64,000 nt of DNA from an uncultured Alphaproteobacteria bacterium. Its GTDB lineage: Bacteria > Pseudomonadota > Alphaproteobacteria > RF32 > CAG-239. The DNA is taken from NCBI GenBank assembly GCA_934254915.1, contig CAKQMH010000003.1, positions 25,793-89,792 on the forward strand, in the 5' to 3' direction. The notes beneath the pieces were generated by a model. It made no database searches. It saw only the letters and a program-made list of their open reading frames with translations, and was not told where the DNA came from. The stretch's first letter is position 1. Every line of letters begins with the position of its first letter. The translations under genes and the position numbers were made by a program. Shown here piece by piece: positions 38,063-49,090 of the stretch.

Positions 38063-39164
38063 ATGAAAGCCGAAGTAATGGAGAGTATCGAAAGCATCAA
38101 GCAGTCATTGGCGCTGCTGAGGAGGTCTCTTTGACTATGACAATGCCGTTATCCGCCTTGATGAACTCAATGCCCTGACCGCAGATGCCTCGCTCTGGAA
38201 TGATGCTGCCCGCGCTCAAAAGCTGATGAGCGAAAAAACAAATCTGGAGCTGAATTTAGGCAATTATCAGAATATGGAACAAAGTCTCCGTGATTTAAGT
38301 GATTTGGCGGAATTAGCCGAAGCCGAAAATGATGATGCTGTTATGGCTGATGTTGAAACACAGCTTTCCGAACTGCAGACCAAGGTAAAACATGGCGAGT
38401 TAGAAGCTTTGCTTTGCGGCGAAGTTGATGCTAACGACACTTTTCTGGAAGTCCATTCCGGCAGCGGCGGTACGGAAGCTCAGGATTGGGCGGAAATGTT
38501 GTTGCGGATGTATGCTCGTTGGGCGGAAGCACACAAATATAAAGTTGAATATGTTGAAGAAACGGAAGGCGATGTCGCCGGTATCAAATCCGCTACTCTG
38601 AAAATTTGCGGACATAATGCCTATGGTTGGCTGAAATCGGAAAGCGGAGTGCATCGTTTGGTCAGAATCTCTCCATTTGACAGCAACGCCCGCCGTCATA
38701 CCAGTTTTGCCTCGGTGGGGGTATATCCGGTGGTTGATGATGAAATCGAAATTGAGATCAACGAAGCCGATTGTCGTGTCGATACCTATCGTGCCTCCGG
38801 TGCCGGCGGACAGCATATTAATAAAACCGATTCTGCAGTCCGCATTACCCACTTGCCGACCGGAATTGTCGTGCAGTGCCAAAATCAGCGTTCACAATTT
38901 CAAAACCGCGATGCCGCATGGAAAATGTTAAAAGCCCGCTTATATGAGCTGGAACTTAAAAAACGCGAAGACGCGGCTGAAGCCGAACGCAGTACGCAAG
39001 GTGATAACGGTTGGGGGTATCAGATTCGTTCTTATGTGCTGCAACCCTATAAAATGGTAAAAGATTTGCGTACACAGGTTGAAACTTCTGACACCAAGGC
39101 GGTTCTGGACGGGGATATAGATTTGTTTTTAGCGGCATCACTGGCTGATAAGGTAGGAAAATAA
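38063..39164 (+). CDS. prfB: Peptide chain release factor 2, expressed via programmed +1 frameshift
   Basis: Frame 0 reads MKAEVMESIESIKQSLALLRRSL then TGA at 38132-38134. After the shift at CTT-T the +1 frame continues DYDNAVIRLDELNAL... into the ORF-track ORF 38226..39164, which carries the SPF and GGQ motifs. Confidence 0.85.
38121..38135 (+). promoter_or_regulatory. prfB programmed +1 ribosomal frameshift site
   Basis: GGAGG TCT CTT TGA C: an internal SD-like element 3 nt upstream of the slippery CUU codon and an in-frame UGA followed by C. Same architecture as the E. coli prfB site. Confidence 0.8.
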
Positions 39165-40012
39165 TGGCAAAATTAAAGCGTTTTTTTAAGATTATTTTAT
39201 TCTTGGCGGTTGTCGCCTATTTACTTTTTTGCTTAGTGGTTTATTTGCGTCCGCAGTGGTTTTTCTATAATCCGTCTGCTCAACCGTCGCGCCTTGAAAA
39301 TGCTCATGCCAACGGCTATAAAGGTGAATATGTTACCTATAATTCGGAAGACGGTACTTTGCTTCACGGGTGGTTGACTAAGCCGCAGTCCGGACAAAAA
39401 ATGATTGTTTTCCTGCATGGTAATTCGTATAATATTGAAAAATTTTATCATAAATTAATACCTTTGGTTGAACACGGTTATGGCACGTTTATGCCCGAAT
39501 ACCGCGGCTTTGGCGGTATTGCCGGCGAAATCACCGAACCGGCTTTGGCGGCTGATGCTCAAGCGGCAGTTGCTTATTTACACCAGCAGGGATATACCAA
39601 TGAAAATATTGTTCTTTATGGTATGTCCTTGGGGTCTTATACGGCAACAAACACGGCTTTTACCATGGGAAACCAAGAACCATTTGCCGGAATAATTCTG
39701 GAAGTTCCTTTTGACAGTCTGGTTAATGTTATCAAAGATGTTTTTCCGCTGCCGTTGCCGCTAAAATACATTGTTAAAGATACATATGATAATGTGTCGC
39801 GCATAACTTCCGTTCGGTCGCCGTTGTTGATAATGGGCGGCACTGATGATGAGGTTGTACCGATCGAACGTGCAAAAAATTTGTTTGCGCATGCTCAAGA
39901 ACCAAAAAAAATGATTATTTATCAGGGTGCGGGGCATAATGATTTGTATAATCTGCGCAACTATAATGGTATTATAAACTGGTTGAAAGCAAATGAAAAA
40001 ACTCAACGTTAA
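39164..40012 (+). CDS. Alpha/beta-hydrolase fold protein
   Basis: 282 aa. N-terminal TM helix, GMSLGS nucleophile elbow, and HG...D/H pattern. The start overlaps the prfB stop (TAATG). Confidence 0.6.
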   Translation: MAKLKRFFKIILFLAVVAYLLFCLVVYLRPQWFFYNPSAQPSRLENAHANGYKGEYVTYNSEDGTLLHGWLTKPQSGQKMIVFLHGNSYNIEKFYHKLIPLVEHGYGTFMPEYRGFGGIAGEITEPALAADAQAAVAYLHQQGYTNENIVLYGMSLGSYTATNTAFTMGNQEPFAGIILEVPFDSLVNVIKDVFPLPLPLKYIVKDTYDNVSRITSVRSPLLIMGGTDDEVVPIERAKNLFAHAQEPKKMIIYQGAGHNDLYNLRNYNGIINWLKANEKTQR

Positions 40013-43000
40013 GGCCTATAAACGCCATAAAATCATTGATTTTATCGGAGTGTTTTTTCTCATCTGCGTCTTGCTGTTTGTATGGCAGCTTTATCGCGGG
40101 CCTATCGCTATACCTTTCTTAAAACCTTATATCATTAAAGCCCTAAACCATGATGATACCGATTATCAGGTTACGCTGGATTCGGTTAATCTGGAGTTTG
40201 TCCGCTCAATTAAACCCTTGCGCATTATAGCTAATAATGTTGTCTATCGCAAAACCAATGATGAGTTGGTGGTTAACGCTCCCAAAACATCGGTTTCCTT
40301 TAGCATTAAAGCCTTGTTGCAAGGTATAATTGCTCCCAGCTCAATTGAAATCATAAATCCGACCATGTATATTTTTACTAATTATGGGGTGGACAAGGAA
40401 AAAGAAGCGGATGCCATTAATCAGAAAAAACTGGCGTATTATTTTGATTATATGGAAAGTTTTTTAGAGCGTTTTAATTCGGAAGACAATTCTTATCCCG
40501 AAAGTTTTATTAATGACATTGATATCCGTAATGCCGAAGTCGAACTTCATGAAGTGGATTTGGGGCGTAAATGGGTTTTATCCGATGTTAATTATCGTTT
40601 CGACCGCAATCTTACTAATTTAGAGACGGAAGTAAGTGCCTTGGTCAAATTTAATGATGTTCCGTCCTCCGTCGGCATTGAAGCTGTTTATCGCCCGATA
40701 TCCGACAAAGTCGCACTGCAGTTTTATTTTTCCGATTTAATCCCTGAAAATCTGCTCCAGTTGCTGGATGCACAAAACACTAAGCCGACCAAAATGCAAA
40801 TTGATGTGCCGCTAAACGGACGGATTGATGTGTTGATTGATGTTGGTGACATCGTTAAAAATCGTAATGATTTGATGAAAAGCCTGAATGATGCCGTCGA
40901 AAAAATCGGTTTTGAGTTTGAAGGCGGGCAGGGACATATAGCTTTTTCGCCTAATGCGCAAGATGATTATCCGATTTCGTCCTTGTTGCTTAAAGGGGAA
41001 ATCACCGGCGGATTGGATAAAGTCAATATTCAAAAAGCATCGCTTAATTTGGACGGTCAGCAGGCATTTATTGGGGTCGAGGCTTCCGGCTTAAAAGATT
41101 ATTTCTTAAAATCATCAATGGAAAAAATGCAAGTTAAGCTTACGGCTGATGTTAATGAGCTTAAAGTTGACGATTTGTATCGTTATTGGCCGCGGTTTAT
41201 TTCGGAAGAAGCTTGGGATTGGTGCAACGAAAGTATGCGCGGCGGAGTGATGAGCAATGCTGCTTTTACGTTTGATTTTGCTTATGATAAAAAATCTCAG
41301 TCTTTGGTCTTTACGGATTTGCATGGAACGGCAGACGTTGCTGATGCTTCACTCAATTATTTGAGCGGTATGCCCAAAATTACCAATATTTATGGCAAAG
41401 CCGATTTTTATAAAGACAAGATTGTCGTTAACTTAGATAAAGGTGTTTCATCTGACATAATCTTAAATAACGGTTACGTCGAATTATATGATTTGGATAA
41501 ATACGATAACTTTGCCAAAATAAGTTTGCAAGCTGTCGGTTCAATTCCGGATATCTTAAAGCTGATTGATAATCAGCCGTTAGGCTACACTTCCGCCATG
41601 GGCATTAATCCCGACAGCATTAAAGGCAGCGCGGAAACAACTTTGGCTTTGGAGTTTGAACTCAAGCAAAATCTTACGCCGGAGGAAGTTAAAGTTGATA
41701 TAACCTCCGTTTTGCAGGATGTGGTTATTAAGCAAATCATTGATGACAAGGATATTGAAGCTAAGAAGCTTGATTTGACCATAACCAATCGCGGTATGCT
41801 GCTCAGCGGTGTAACCGGTTTTGAGGGAATTCCCGTAAATTTATTGTGGGATGAAAAATTTTTGGATAAGGATTATAGCAGTCGTTATCAGCTGCGTTTT
41901 AATTTTGATGCTAATTTGCGTAAAAAGTTAGGGCTTGATTTTGCGGCACTTAATGCGCCTTATATCAAAGGTTCTATCCCCACTCAGGCTGTCATTACCC
42001 GTTATGCCGATGATAAAACCATCATTGATGTTAAAGCTGACTTACAGCCCGCGGATATTGACTACTCATTTCTTGGATTTAAAAAGAAAAGCGGTATCAG
42101 CGGTGCTGCCAATGCCAAAATAAATATTGCTGCCGATGGTGAACTGCAAATCCCGCAGTTCAGCTTATCAGAACCGGAGTTTAATCTCAAAGGTAAAATG
42201 GTTTTTGACAAGAACAAAAACATAAAGCAGATTGATATCGCCGATATTAAAGGCCCTAAGACTTCCGCTAATGCAAAAATCGAGTTTATTGCCAAACCCG
42301 AAAAGTTAAAAGTTACGGTTTCCGGCAACAGCTATAATCTTTCTGATTTGTTTGCCCGTGATGATGACGATGTCCGCAAGGCGCAACAAAAGCGTGAACA
42401 GCTTAAAGCTCAAGGCAAACGCCCGCAGGATAATAATTGGGAAGATACCAAAACCGCGGATATTAATATTGCCGTAAACAGCTTATGGACCAATAACGAT
42501 GTGGCGATTCGCAACTTTGCCGGTACGGCTAAAATGGTCAATGGCATCGGCATTGAAGAAATGCACCTCATCGGTAATTTTCCGACTAACAGCAAAAAGA
42601 AATCTGCCAAACCGGCCAGTCTTAAGCTTGATTATGTACCACGTCCGAATAAGGAACATTTGTTGACGATTGAAAGTAATGATGCCGGTTCAACAATGAA
42701 GTTTTTGCGTCTTTATGACAGTATGCGCGGTGGAAGCTTGAGCATAAATGCCCTGCGCCGCGCTGACAAAAAAATGGTCGGTCATGCCAAAATCCGCAAT
42801 TGCAATATTTATAATACGCCGGTTTTGGCAAAGCTGCTGACTGTGGCTTCCTTTACCGGTATGGTAAATTTGTTGACCGGCGACGGCATTGTCTTTTCGC
42901 ATTTTGATGCACCATTCGAATATCAAAACGGGATTTTGCAGGTTAATGAAGCTAAGGCTTTCGGCAGTGTTATGGGTATTACTGCTGACGGACAGTATGA

Positions 43001-43250
43001 TTTTGATTTTCAGGAATTTAATATGAAAGGATTGCTTGCTCCGGCCTACGGACTTAATACTTTTATCGGCAGTATTCCGGTTGTCGGTAAATTGCTGAGC
43101 GGTAAAGACGGTACGGTGTTTGCTGCCAATTATTCGATTACCGGCAATATTGATGATCCGAATATCAGTATTAATCCTTTATCGGCTCTCAGCCCCAATT
43201 CCTTAAAAGAGCTTTTTTCATCACTGTTTGAGAATAAGAATGGAAAATAA
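39993..43250 (+). CDS. AsmA-family / YhdP-like large envelope protein
   Basis: 1085 aa. N-terminal TM anchor, long beta-rich body, and the C-terminal DUF3971-like tail typical of YhdP/AsmA-like proteins (...GNIDDPNISINPLSAL...). Confidence 0.55.
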   Translation: MKKLNVKAYKRHKIIDFIGVFFLICVLLFVWQLYRGPIAIPFLKPYIIKALNHDDTDYQVTLDSVNLEFVRSIKPLRIIANNVVYRKTNDELVVNAPKTSVSFSIKALLQGIIAPSSIEIINPTMYIFTNYGVDKEKEADAINQKKLAYYFDYMESFLERFNSEDNSYPESFINDIDIRNAEVELHEVDLGRKWVLSDVNYRFDRNLTNLETEVSALVKFNDVPSSVGIEAVYRPISDKVALQFYFSDLIPENLLQLLDAQNTKPTKMQIDVPLNGRIDVLIDVGDIVKNRNDLMKSLNDAVEKIGFEFEGGQGHIAFSPNAQDDYPISSLLLKGEITGGLDKVNIQKASLNLDGQQAFIGVEASGLKDYFLKSSMEKMQVKLTADVNELKVDDLYRYWPRFISEEAWDWCNESMRGGVMSNAAFTFDFAYDKKSQSLVFTDLHGTADVADASLNYLSGMPKITNIYGKADFYKDKIVVNLDKGVSSDIILNNGYVELYDLDKYDNFAKISLQAVGSIPDILKLIDNQPLGYTSAMGINPDSIKGSAETTLALEFELKQNLTPEEVKVDITSVLQDVVIKQIIDDKDIEAKKLDLTITNRGMLLSGVTGFEGIPVNLLWDEKFLDKDYSSRYQLRFNFDANLRKKLGLDFAALNAPYIKGSIPTQAVITRYADDKTIIDVKADLQPADIDYSFLGFKKKSGISGAANAKINIAADGELQIPQFSLSEPEFNLKGKMVFDKNKNIKQIDIADIKGPKTSANAKIEFIAKPEKLKVTVSGNSYNLSDLFARDDDDVRKAQQKREQLKAQGKRPQDNNWEDTKTADINIAVNSLWTNNDVAIRNFAGTAKMVNGIGIEEMHLIGNFPTNSKKKSAKPASLKLDYVPRPNKEHLLTIESNDAGSTMKFLRLYDSMRGGSLSINALRRADKKMVGHAKIRNCNIYNTPVLAKLLTVASFTGMVNLLTGDGIVFSHFDAPFEYQNGILQVNEAKAFGSVMGITADGQYDFDFQEFNMKGLLAPAYGLNTFIGSIPVVGKLLSGKDGTVFAANYSITGNIDDPNISINPLSALSPNSLKELFSSLFENKNGK

Positions 43251-43719
43251 ATGCTCATTGAAAATTGGTTTGGATTTTCATGGTGTTATTGACCGCAATC
43301 CGGCATATTTTGCTGATTTTAGCCGTTTTGCGCTAGCTCAGGGGTGTGAAATCCATGTCATAACCGGCGGACCGGAAGCCTTAGTTAAGCAACAGCTGCA
43401 AAAATGGAATGTTGAATATACAAATGTCTTCGCCATTCTGGACTATTATGAAAAATTACATCAGGTCGCATATACTCAAAACGGCAATTTTCATATAAAA
43501 GATGAATTATGGAATAATGCTAAAGCCGAATATTGCCGCCGCTGCCGAATAAATATTCATATTGACGACAGCTTGGTTTATGCCCGTTGCTTTACCACCC
43601 CCTATTGTCGTTATGACAAGCAACGTCATGATTGCCAAACCGTATCCGGAAAGGTGCTCGATTTTCATCAGTCACCGCAAGTGGTTCTGACGCAGATTAA
43701 ACAGCTGTTGCAGTTTTAG
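43240..43719 (+). CDS. Hypothetical protein, possibly HAD-like
   Basis: IGLDFHGVID ... VITGG ... IHIDDS loosely resemble HAD motifs I, II and IV, but motif I reads DxH rather than DxD. Start uncertain (43228 or 43240). Confidence 0.3.
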   Translation: MENKCSLKIGLDFHGVIDRNPAYFADFSRFALAQGCEIHVITGGPEALVKQQLQKWNVEYTNVFAILDYYEKLHQVAYTQNGNFHIKDELWNNAKAEYCRRCRINIHIDDSLVYARCFTTPYCRYDKQRHDCQTVSGKVLDFHQSPQVVLTQIKQLLQF

Positions 43720-43830
43720 GTTATTTGCTGTTCTGATTAAAAAAAATAGCTGTTTATTTACGATTTTTTTAGCACTTTCAGATATAGGCTATATTTATCA
43801 TAAAAAACAGACAGCCGGATTTTTTGAACG

Positions 43831-44532
43831 ATGATTAGTGAAGAAGTAGTTCATGTTAACGGAATACCGCAAAAATTAATAGTCTTTTTGCACGGCTATA
43901 TCGACTGCGCTCCGTCGCTTGATCATAAGCTGGAAACTTTTTATTTCCGCTTGCATGATGTCGCTGTTCATTTGCCGCAAGCTCCCAAAATCTGTGAAGT
44001 ACATCAAAATAAACGGCAATGGTATTCCATGCATCGTTTTGACCCGGATGATGAGCGTCGGACAGTCCCGACTCTGGAAGAATGTGTCAAGTTCTATGAT
44101 CGGATGACGCTCGGCCTGCGGGAAGCATATGACAATCTGATGCCCTATTTGGAACAAACCCTGCAAGAATATGAACTTGATTTTAAAGATTTATATTTAT
44201 GCGGTTTTTCGCAAGGCGCTATGGTTGCATTATATACCGGTTTAATGTCGCCGGAAAAATTCGGCGGGGTTGTCAGTTTTAGCGGAATTATGACGGCATC
44301 TCCGTATTTGCACAAGCATTTTCGAAGCACGCCGGATGTTTTGCTTATTCATGGTGATGATGATAAAATGGTGCGCTTTGCCGCTCAAAAATATACCTGC
44401 CGACAGCTGGAAGGCTTAGGCTGTAAAGTTGATATGTCCGTAATCAGCGGCGGGCAACATCAGGTAACCCCCGAAACTTTATCCGTGGCCGCTGATTATA
44501 TTAACCGTAAAATTGCCGTGCCTGATTTATAG
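43831..44532 (+). CDS. Phospholipase/carboxylesterase-family alpha/beta hydrolase
   Basis: IVFLHGY..., GFSQGAMVA (GxSxG) and C-terminal HGDDDKMV...GGQH. Confidence 0.6.
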   Translation: MISEEVVHVNGIPQKLIVFLHGYIDCAPSLDHKLETFYFRLHDVAVHLPQAPKICEVHQNKRQWYSMHRFDPDDERRTVPTLEECVKFYDRMTLGLREAYDNLMPYLEQTLQEYELDFKDLYLCGFSQGAMVALYTGLMSPEKFGGVVSFSGIMTASPYLHKHFRSTPDVLLIHGDDDKMVRFAAQKYTCRQLEGLGCKVDMSVISGGQHQVTPETLSVAADYINRKIAVPDL

Positions 44533-45564
44533 AAAAGGTTTGGCAATAATTAATCCGCCGTTTTCAATCAACTTGTTTTTGTCGCGCTCAATTTTTATTT
44601 CGGAATCTGCACCCAAATTACGTTCATAAATCTCGCCGTAATTTCCTAGCTCTTTAACTGCTTTTTTTACCCATTCGGGCTGCAATCCGTAAGCTGTCCA
44701 CAATTGCGGGTCAACCCCCAAAAGATTGCGCAGAGAAGTTTCCGTAACCCCGATAAAAACATCAACATTTTTCGAGGTAATACCATGAGCTTCCGCCAAA
44801 ACCGGTGCATTGTAAAGCCATTTAGCAATAATACGCAAAGTCGGATTGTCTTTGGCAACATAGGCATAAACCGGACGATAAGTTATCACTTCCGGCAAAA
44901 TTTCGAGGTGCATATCCGCACTGACTACACTATCGGCAGCTCCGCGCAGATAAATTTCATTGCTGCTGAGCAATTGACAGCGGTTGAGGAAAAAAGCCTG
45001 CTTGGCCAAATCCATACTGCCGAAAGTGAGCAGTTTTAACCCCAAATCATAACGCCGGCTGTATTCATTGACATTAGCCATATCTTCGGAGTTTTTAACT
45101 ACACAGACATTACTGCCTTTGTAGTCTTCCATAGAGGTTGCGTTTTCTTTAGGGTGAGCCAAAAACATTTGTTTGTCATAATAAAGCACGTCAACGGCCG
45201 TTGCCTGATTCTGAATTTCGGCACTGGCTGAAAGAGCATTATTGCCCAGCATTATGTCAATGCTGCCATTGGCCAGATAAGCCGAAATTGCCGTCGCCGG
45301 AACATTAACCAACTCAAATTTGTCACTGTTGCCAAACACCGCCAACGCAAACAACCGGCACAAATCGGCATCAAAGCCTTTCCATTGTTTGTCTTTGTCC
45401 TTAAAAGCGTAAGTTTTGGTGCTTAAATCGGTTCCGCAGCGCACAAAGTCGCGGGTATTGATAATACGCAGTCCGGCATCTTTGGCTTGTGTCGGAACAC
45501 TCCAAATCATTGCCGCTAAAAAAAATCCCAACCAAGATTGTTTAAGTTTCATTTTGTTAACCAA
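44527..45564 (-). CDS. Periplasmic amino-acid ABC transporter substrate-binding protein (family 3, AapJ-like)
   Basis: Signal peptide MKLKQSWLGFFLAAMIWSVPTQA. GFDADLCRLFALAVFG is typical of general L-amino-acid SBPs. Confidence 0.6.
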   Translation of the reverse strand: MVNKMKLKQSWLGFFLAAMIWSVPTQAKDAGLRIINTRDFVRCGTDLSTKTYAFKDKDKQWKGFDADLCRLFALAVFGNSDKFELVNVPATAISAYLANGSIDIMLGNNALSASAEIQNQATAVDVLYYDKQMFLAHPKENATSMEDYKGSNVCVVKNSEDMANVNEYSRRYDLGLKLLTFGSMDLAKQAFFLNRCQLLSSNEIYLRGAADSVVSADMHLEILPEVITYRPVYAYVAKDNPTLRIIAKWLYNAPVLAEAHGITSKNVDVFIGVTETSLRNLLGVDPQLWTAYGLQPEWVKKAVKELGNYGEIYERNLGADSEIKIERDKNKLIENGGLIIAKPFL

Positions 45565-45608
45565 TTTATGTTATTATAACAATTAAGATAACTATAAGGC
45601 AAAAATTT

Positions 45609-46256
45609 ATGAAACGTAACTTTTTTTTGCAACTTATCAGCGTTTTAGCTGTGGTTTTATATTCACTATCCGTCAAAGCTGAGCCGGTTGCTCCGGCCAT
45701 AGCCGAACAATGGGCTGAACAAAAGGGGCAACAGCTGTTGACAACGTTTCGCATTCCCGATGTTGAAGAACGTTTTCAAAAACTGGATAGTTTATTTTTG
45801 CAATATATTGATTTGGATTATATTTCCCGTTTTGTTATGGGGCGTTATTGGCGGGTGATGATGCCGGAACAAAAGCAGCAGTTTCAGAATATTTTTCGCC
45901 GCTATGCGTTGGCAATGTATAAAACTTTGCCACTGGAGTTTGCCGATAAGCTGCAATACCAAGTCGGTGCAGCCGGTATTGATGGCGAATTTACCAATAT
46001 CAGCGCGGATGTGAGCTATCAATTGGGTACCAACAACGCTCCGCAAACGGCTAAAGTTTGGTTTAAGCTGCACCAGACTTCATCCGGTATCAAGCTGGTT
46101 GACATATCCTTGGAGCAAAGCAGTCTGATTTTGGCCTATCGTCAACGTTTTGCCGAAATGATAACCAAGCTTGACGGTGAAATAGAGTGGTTTATTGAAG
46201 ACTTAAATGATTTGTCCGTTTCGGCCGAAGCCCAAAATCAGGCTAAGCTGAAATAA
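45609..46256 (+). CDS. mlaC: MlaC/Ttg2D-like periplasmic lipid-binding protein
   Basis: Signal peptide. FDFxxISRFVMGRYWRVMMPEQKQQFQNIFRRYALAMY follows the MlaC pattern. Confidence 0.55.
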   Translation: MKRNFFLQLISVLAVVLYSLSVKAEPVAPAIAEQWAEQKGQQLLTTFRIPDVEERFQKLDSLFLQYIDLDYISRFVMGRYWRVMMPEQKQQFQNIFRRYALAMYKTLPLEFADKLQYQVGAAGIDGEFTNISADVSYQLGTNNAPQTAKVWFKLHQTSSGIKLVDISLEQSSLILAYRQRFAEMITKLDGEIEWFIEDLNDLSVSAEAQNQAKLK

Positions 46257-46345
46257 TGAAATTAAGCATAAAAATATCTTGAATTTATATGCCAATCCTT
46301 ATAATATCACTCCCTAGTTTAGGGAATAATCTGGATTATAAAAAT

Positions 46346-47668
46346 ATGAACAATATCAAAGTAAGATTTGCACCAAGCCCCACCGGCTATATGCATATCG
46401 GCAATACACGTACGGCAGTTTTTAACTGGCTTTTGGCTAAAAAATTAGGCGGTAAATTTTTGCTCCGCATTGATGATACCGATGTCGTCCGCTCTAAAAA
46501 AGAATATGAAGACGCTTTGCGCGACATTTTGGTTTGGTTAGGTTTTCAATGGGATGAGGAAGCCCGTCAGTCTGCTCGTATGGCTCGTTATGATGAAGTG
46601 GTGGCCAAACTTAAGGCCGAGGGACGGGTTTATGCCTGTTATGAAACCGCCGAAGAGCTTGAAGTAATGCGTAAAAAACTGATGACTAAAGGCTTGCCGC
46701 CAATTTATGACCGTGGTGCTTTGAAGCTGACGGCGGAAGATATTGCTCGTTATGAAGCTGAAGGACGCAAGCCTCACTATCGTTTCAAATTAGTCCCCGG
46801 GGTTATTGAGTGGGATGATTTGGTTCGTGGACATTGCCGTTATGATGCGGCTAATTTGGCTGATCCGGTTATCATTCGTGAAGACGGCAGTTATTTGTAT
46901 CATTTACCATCGGTTATTGACGATTCTGATTTTGGCATTACCCATATTATCCGTGGTGAAGATCACGTTACCAACACGGCCGCACAGATTCAAATGTTTG
47001 AAGCCGTCGGCGGTAAAATTCCCACTTTTGCTCACTTGCCGTTGCTGACCGGCAAAGAGGGAAAATTATCCAAACGTCTTGGCTCGCTTGGCGTACGCGA
47101 ACTTCGTGCCGAAGGCGTTGAGGCGATGGCTATTTGTTCTTTTTTGGCCAAGTTGGGAACATCAGAGGCTATTGAACCATATTATGACATCAATCAATTG
47201 GCTCAGTCGTTGGATTTGCAAAAATTGGGACGTTCACAGCCTAAGTTTGATGAGGAAGAGCTTAAAATCTTCAATACCCATTTCGTTCGTAATTTGCCTT
47301 ATGAATATGTTAAAGACCGTGTCAATTGTGATGAAAAATTCTGGCTTGCGGTAAGAGGCAATTTGAATGTTGTTTCCGATGTGGCGGTCTGGGAACAAAT
47401 TTGTCATGAAAATCTTAAACCGTTAATTGAAGATAAGACTTTAACTGATTTGGCAGCTGATCTTTTGCCGCCTGAACCGTGGAATGACGAAACTTTCAAT
47501 CTGTGGCTTAATGAGGTTAAACAGCAAAGCGGCAAGAAAGGTAAAGAACTTTTCCACCCGTTGCGCAAAGCTCTTACGGCAGCCGAAAACGGTCCTGAAC
47601 TTAAAATCTTATTGCCGCTCATCGGCCGCGCTAAAGCTTATCGCCGCTTAAAAGGCCAAGAAGCCTAA
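46346..47668 (+). CDS. gltX: Glutamate--tRNA ligase
   Basis: RFAPSPTGYMHIGNTRTA (HIGH) and KLSKR (KMSKS). Start MNNIKV (ORF track 46289). Confidence 0.9.
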   Translation: MNNIKVRFAPSPTGYMHIGNTRTAVFNWLLAKKLGGKFLLRIDDTDVVRSKKEYEDALRDILVWLGFQWDEEARQSARMARYDEVVAKLKAEGRVYACYETAEELEVMRKKLMTKGLPPIYDRGALKLTAEDIARYEAEGRKPHYRFKLVPGVIEWDDLVRGHCRYDAANLADPVIIREDGSYLYHLPSVIDDSDFGITHIIRGEDHVTNTAAQIQMFEAVGGKIPTFAHLPLLTGKEGKLSKRLGSLGVRELRAEGVEAMAICSFLAKLGTSEAIEPYYDINQLAQSLDLQKLGRSQPKFDEEELKIFNTHFVRNLPYEYVKDRVNCDEKFWLAVRGNLNVVSDVAVWEQICHENLKPLIEDKTLTDLAADLLPPEPWNDETFNLWLNEVKQQSGKKGKELFHPLRKALTAAENGPELKILLPLIGRAKAYRRLKGQEA

Positions 47669-47700
47669 TCCCGATATTAAAAACTGAGGAGAGAATCAAA

Positions 47701-49080
47701 ATGGTTGAAATCTATCTGACCAATACGCTTACCCGCCGTAAAGAAAAGTTTGTTCCGCTTGATGCGAATAACGTGCGTATGTATGTCTGTGGACCGACCG
47801 TTTATGACCGTGCTCACTTGGGAAACGGTAAAACTCCAGTTGCTTTTGATGTTTTGTACCGACTACTGCGGCAGGTTTATGGTGCTGAACATGTAACCTA
47901 TGTGTCCAATATTACCGATGTCGATGATAAAATTTTAAACAAACACAAGGAAACCGGACGTCCTATCCGCGATATTACCGAACAAACCTATAATTGGTAT
48001 ATCGAAGATATGGCTAAACTGAATGTCTTAGCACCGAATTATCGCCCCCGTGCAACTGACTATATCCAAGAGATGATAGAAATAGTCAAACGTCTGTTGG
48101 CTAACGGTCATGCTTATGAAGCCGCCGGTCATGTCTTGTTTTCTGTCGATTCGATGCCGAACTATGGTTTCTTATCCGGTCGCTCCATGAAAGAAATGTT
48201 AGCCGGTGCGCGGATTGAAATTGCCGAATACAAGAAAAATCCTGCTGATTTTGTCTTGTGGAAACCTTCGGATGCCGATCAACCGGGCTGGAACAGTCCG
48301 TGGGGTTACGGTCGCCCTGGGTGGCATTTGGAATGTTCTGCTATGAGTTCGAAGCTGCTTGGTACGGATTTTGATATTCATGGCGGCGGTTCGGATTTGA
48401 TTTTTCCGCACCACGAAAATGAATGTGCTCAATCATGCTGTGCATTTGAAGGTTCGCGCTTTGCCAGCTATTGGGTTCATAGCGGCATGCTGATGGTGGA
48501 CGGGGTGAAAATGTCCAAGTCTTTAGGCAACTTCTTCACCTTGGACGAGATTTTGGATAAGTTTCCGGCTGAAGCTTTGCGTCTGTTGTTCTTGACCACA
48601 CATTATCATCAGCCGTTTAATTTCACCACCGAGGGATTGCAACAGGCTAAATCGGCTTTGGATAAGTTTTATAATGCTTTGCTCAAAGTAAAAGACATTG
48701 AAGCCAAGGTTTTTCAGCCTTCGGACAAGATTATTGCCGCCGTTGCCGATGACTTGAACACGCCGTTGGCACTGAGCTATTTGCACGAAACCGTGAACAA
48801 TCTTAATAAAGCCGAAACTAAGGAAGAAAAATCCCGCTGCAAATCAGCTTTATTGGCTGATGCCGGCTTACTCGGCTTGTTGTGGCAAGATCCGGAGCAA
48901 TGGTTCAAAGGTGGTGAAAATCAGGCCGATGAGGAAGCTATTGCACAAAAAATAGCTGCCCGTGCTGCGGCCAAGAAGAATAAAGATTATGCTCTTGCCG
49001 ACAAAATTCGCGATGAGCTTAAAGCACAGGGAATTATTTTGGAAGATTCTCCCAATGGTACAACATGGAAAAAGCTGTAG
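47701..49080 (+). CDS. cysS: Cysteine--tRNA ligase
   Basis: CGPTVYDRAHLGNGKT (HIGH region), KMSKSLGN, and Zn-binding Cys/His (C...HLEC...HHENE). Confidence 0.9.
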   Translation: MVEIYLTNTLTRRKEKFVPLDANNVRMYVCGPTVYDRAHLGNGKTPVAFDVLYRLLRQVYGAEHVTYVSNITDVDDKILNKHKETGRPIRDITEQTYNWYIEDMAKLNVLAPNYRPRATDYIQEMIEIVKRLLANGHAYEAAGHVLFSVDSMPNYGFLSGRSMKEMLAGARIEIAEYKKNPADFVLWKPSDADQPGWNSPWGYGRPGWHLECSAMSSKLLGTDFDIHGGGSDLIFPHHENECAQSCCAFEGSRFASYWVHSGMLMVDGVKMSKSLGNFFTLDEILDKFPAEALRLLFLTTHYHQPFNFTTEGLQQAKSALDKFYNALLKVKDIEAKVFQPSDKIIAAVADDLNTPLALSYLHETVNNLNKAETKEEKSRCKSALLADAGLLGLLWQDPEQWFKGGENQADEEAIAQKIAARAAAKKNKDYALADKIRDELKAQGIILEDSPNGTTWKKL

Positions 49081-49090
49081 TTATTGAGGC

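Noticed and set aside
37522-38100. 192-aa minus-strand ORF across the mrcA 3' end and the prfB leader
   Set aside because: It is antisense to the conserved PBP1A transpeptidase region and crosses the prfB start. There is no supporting signal.
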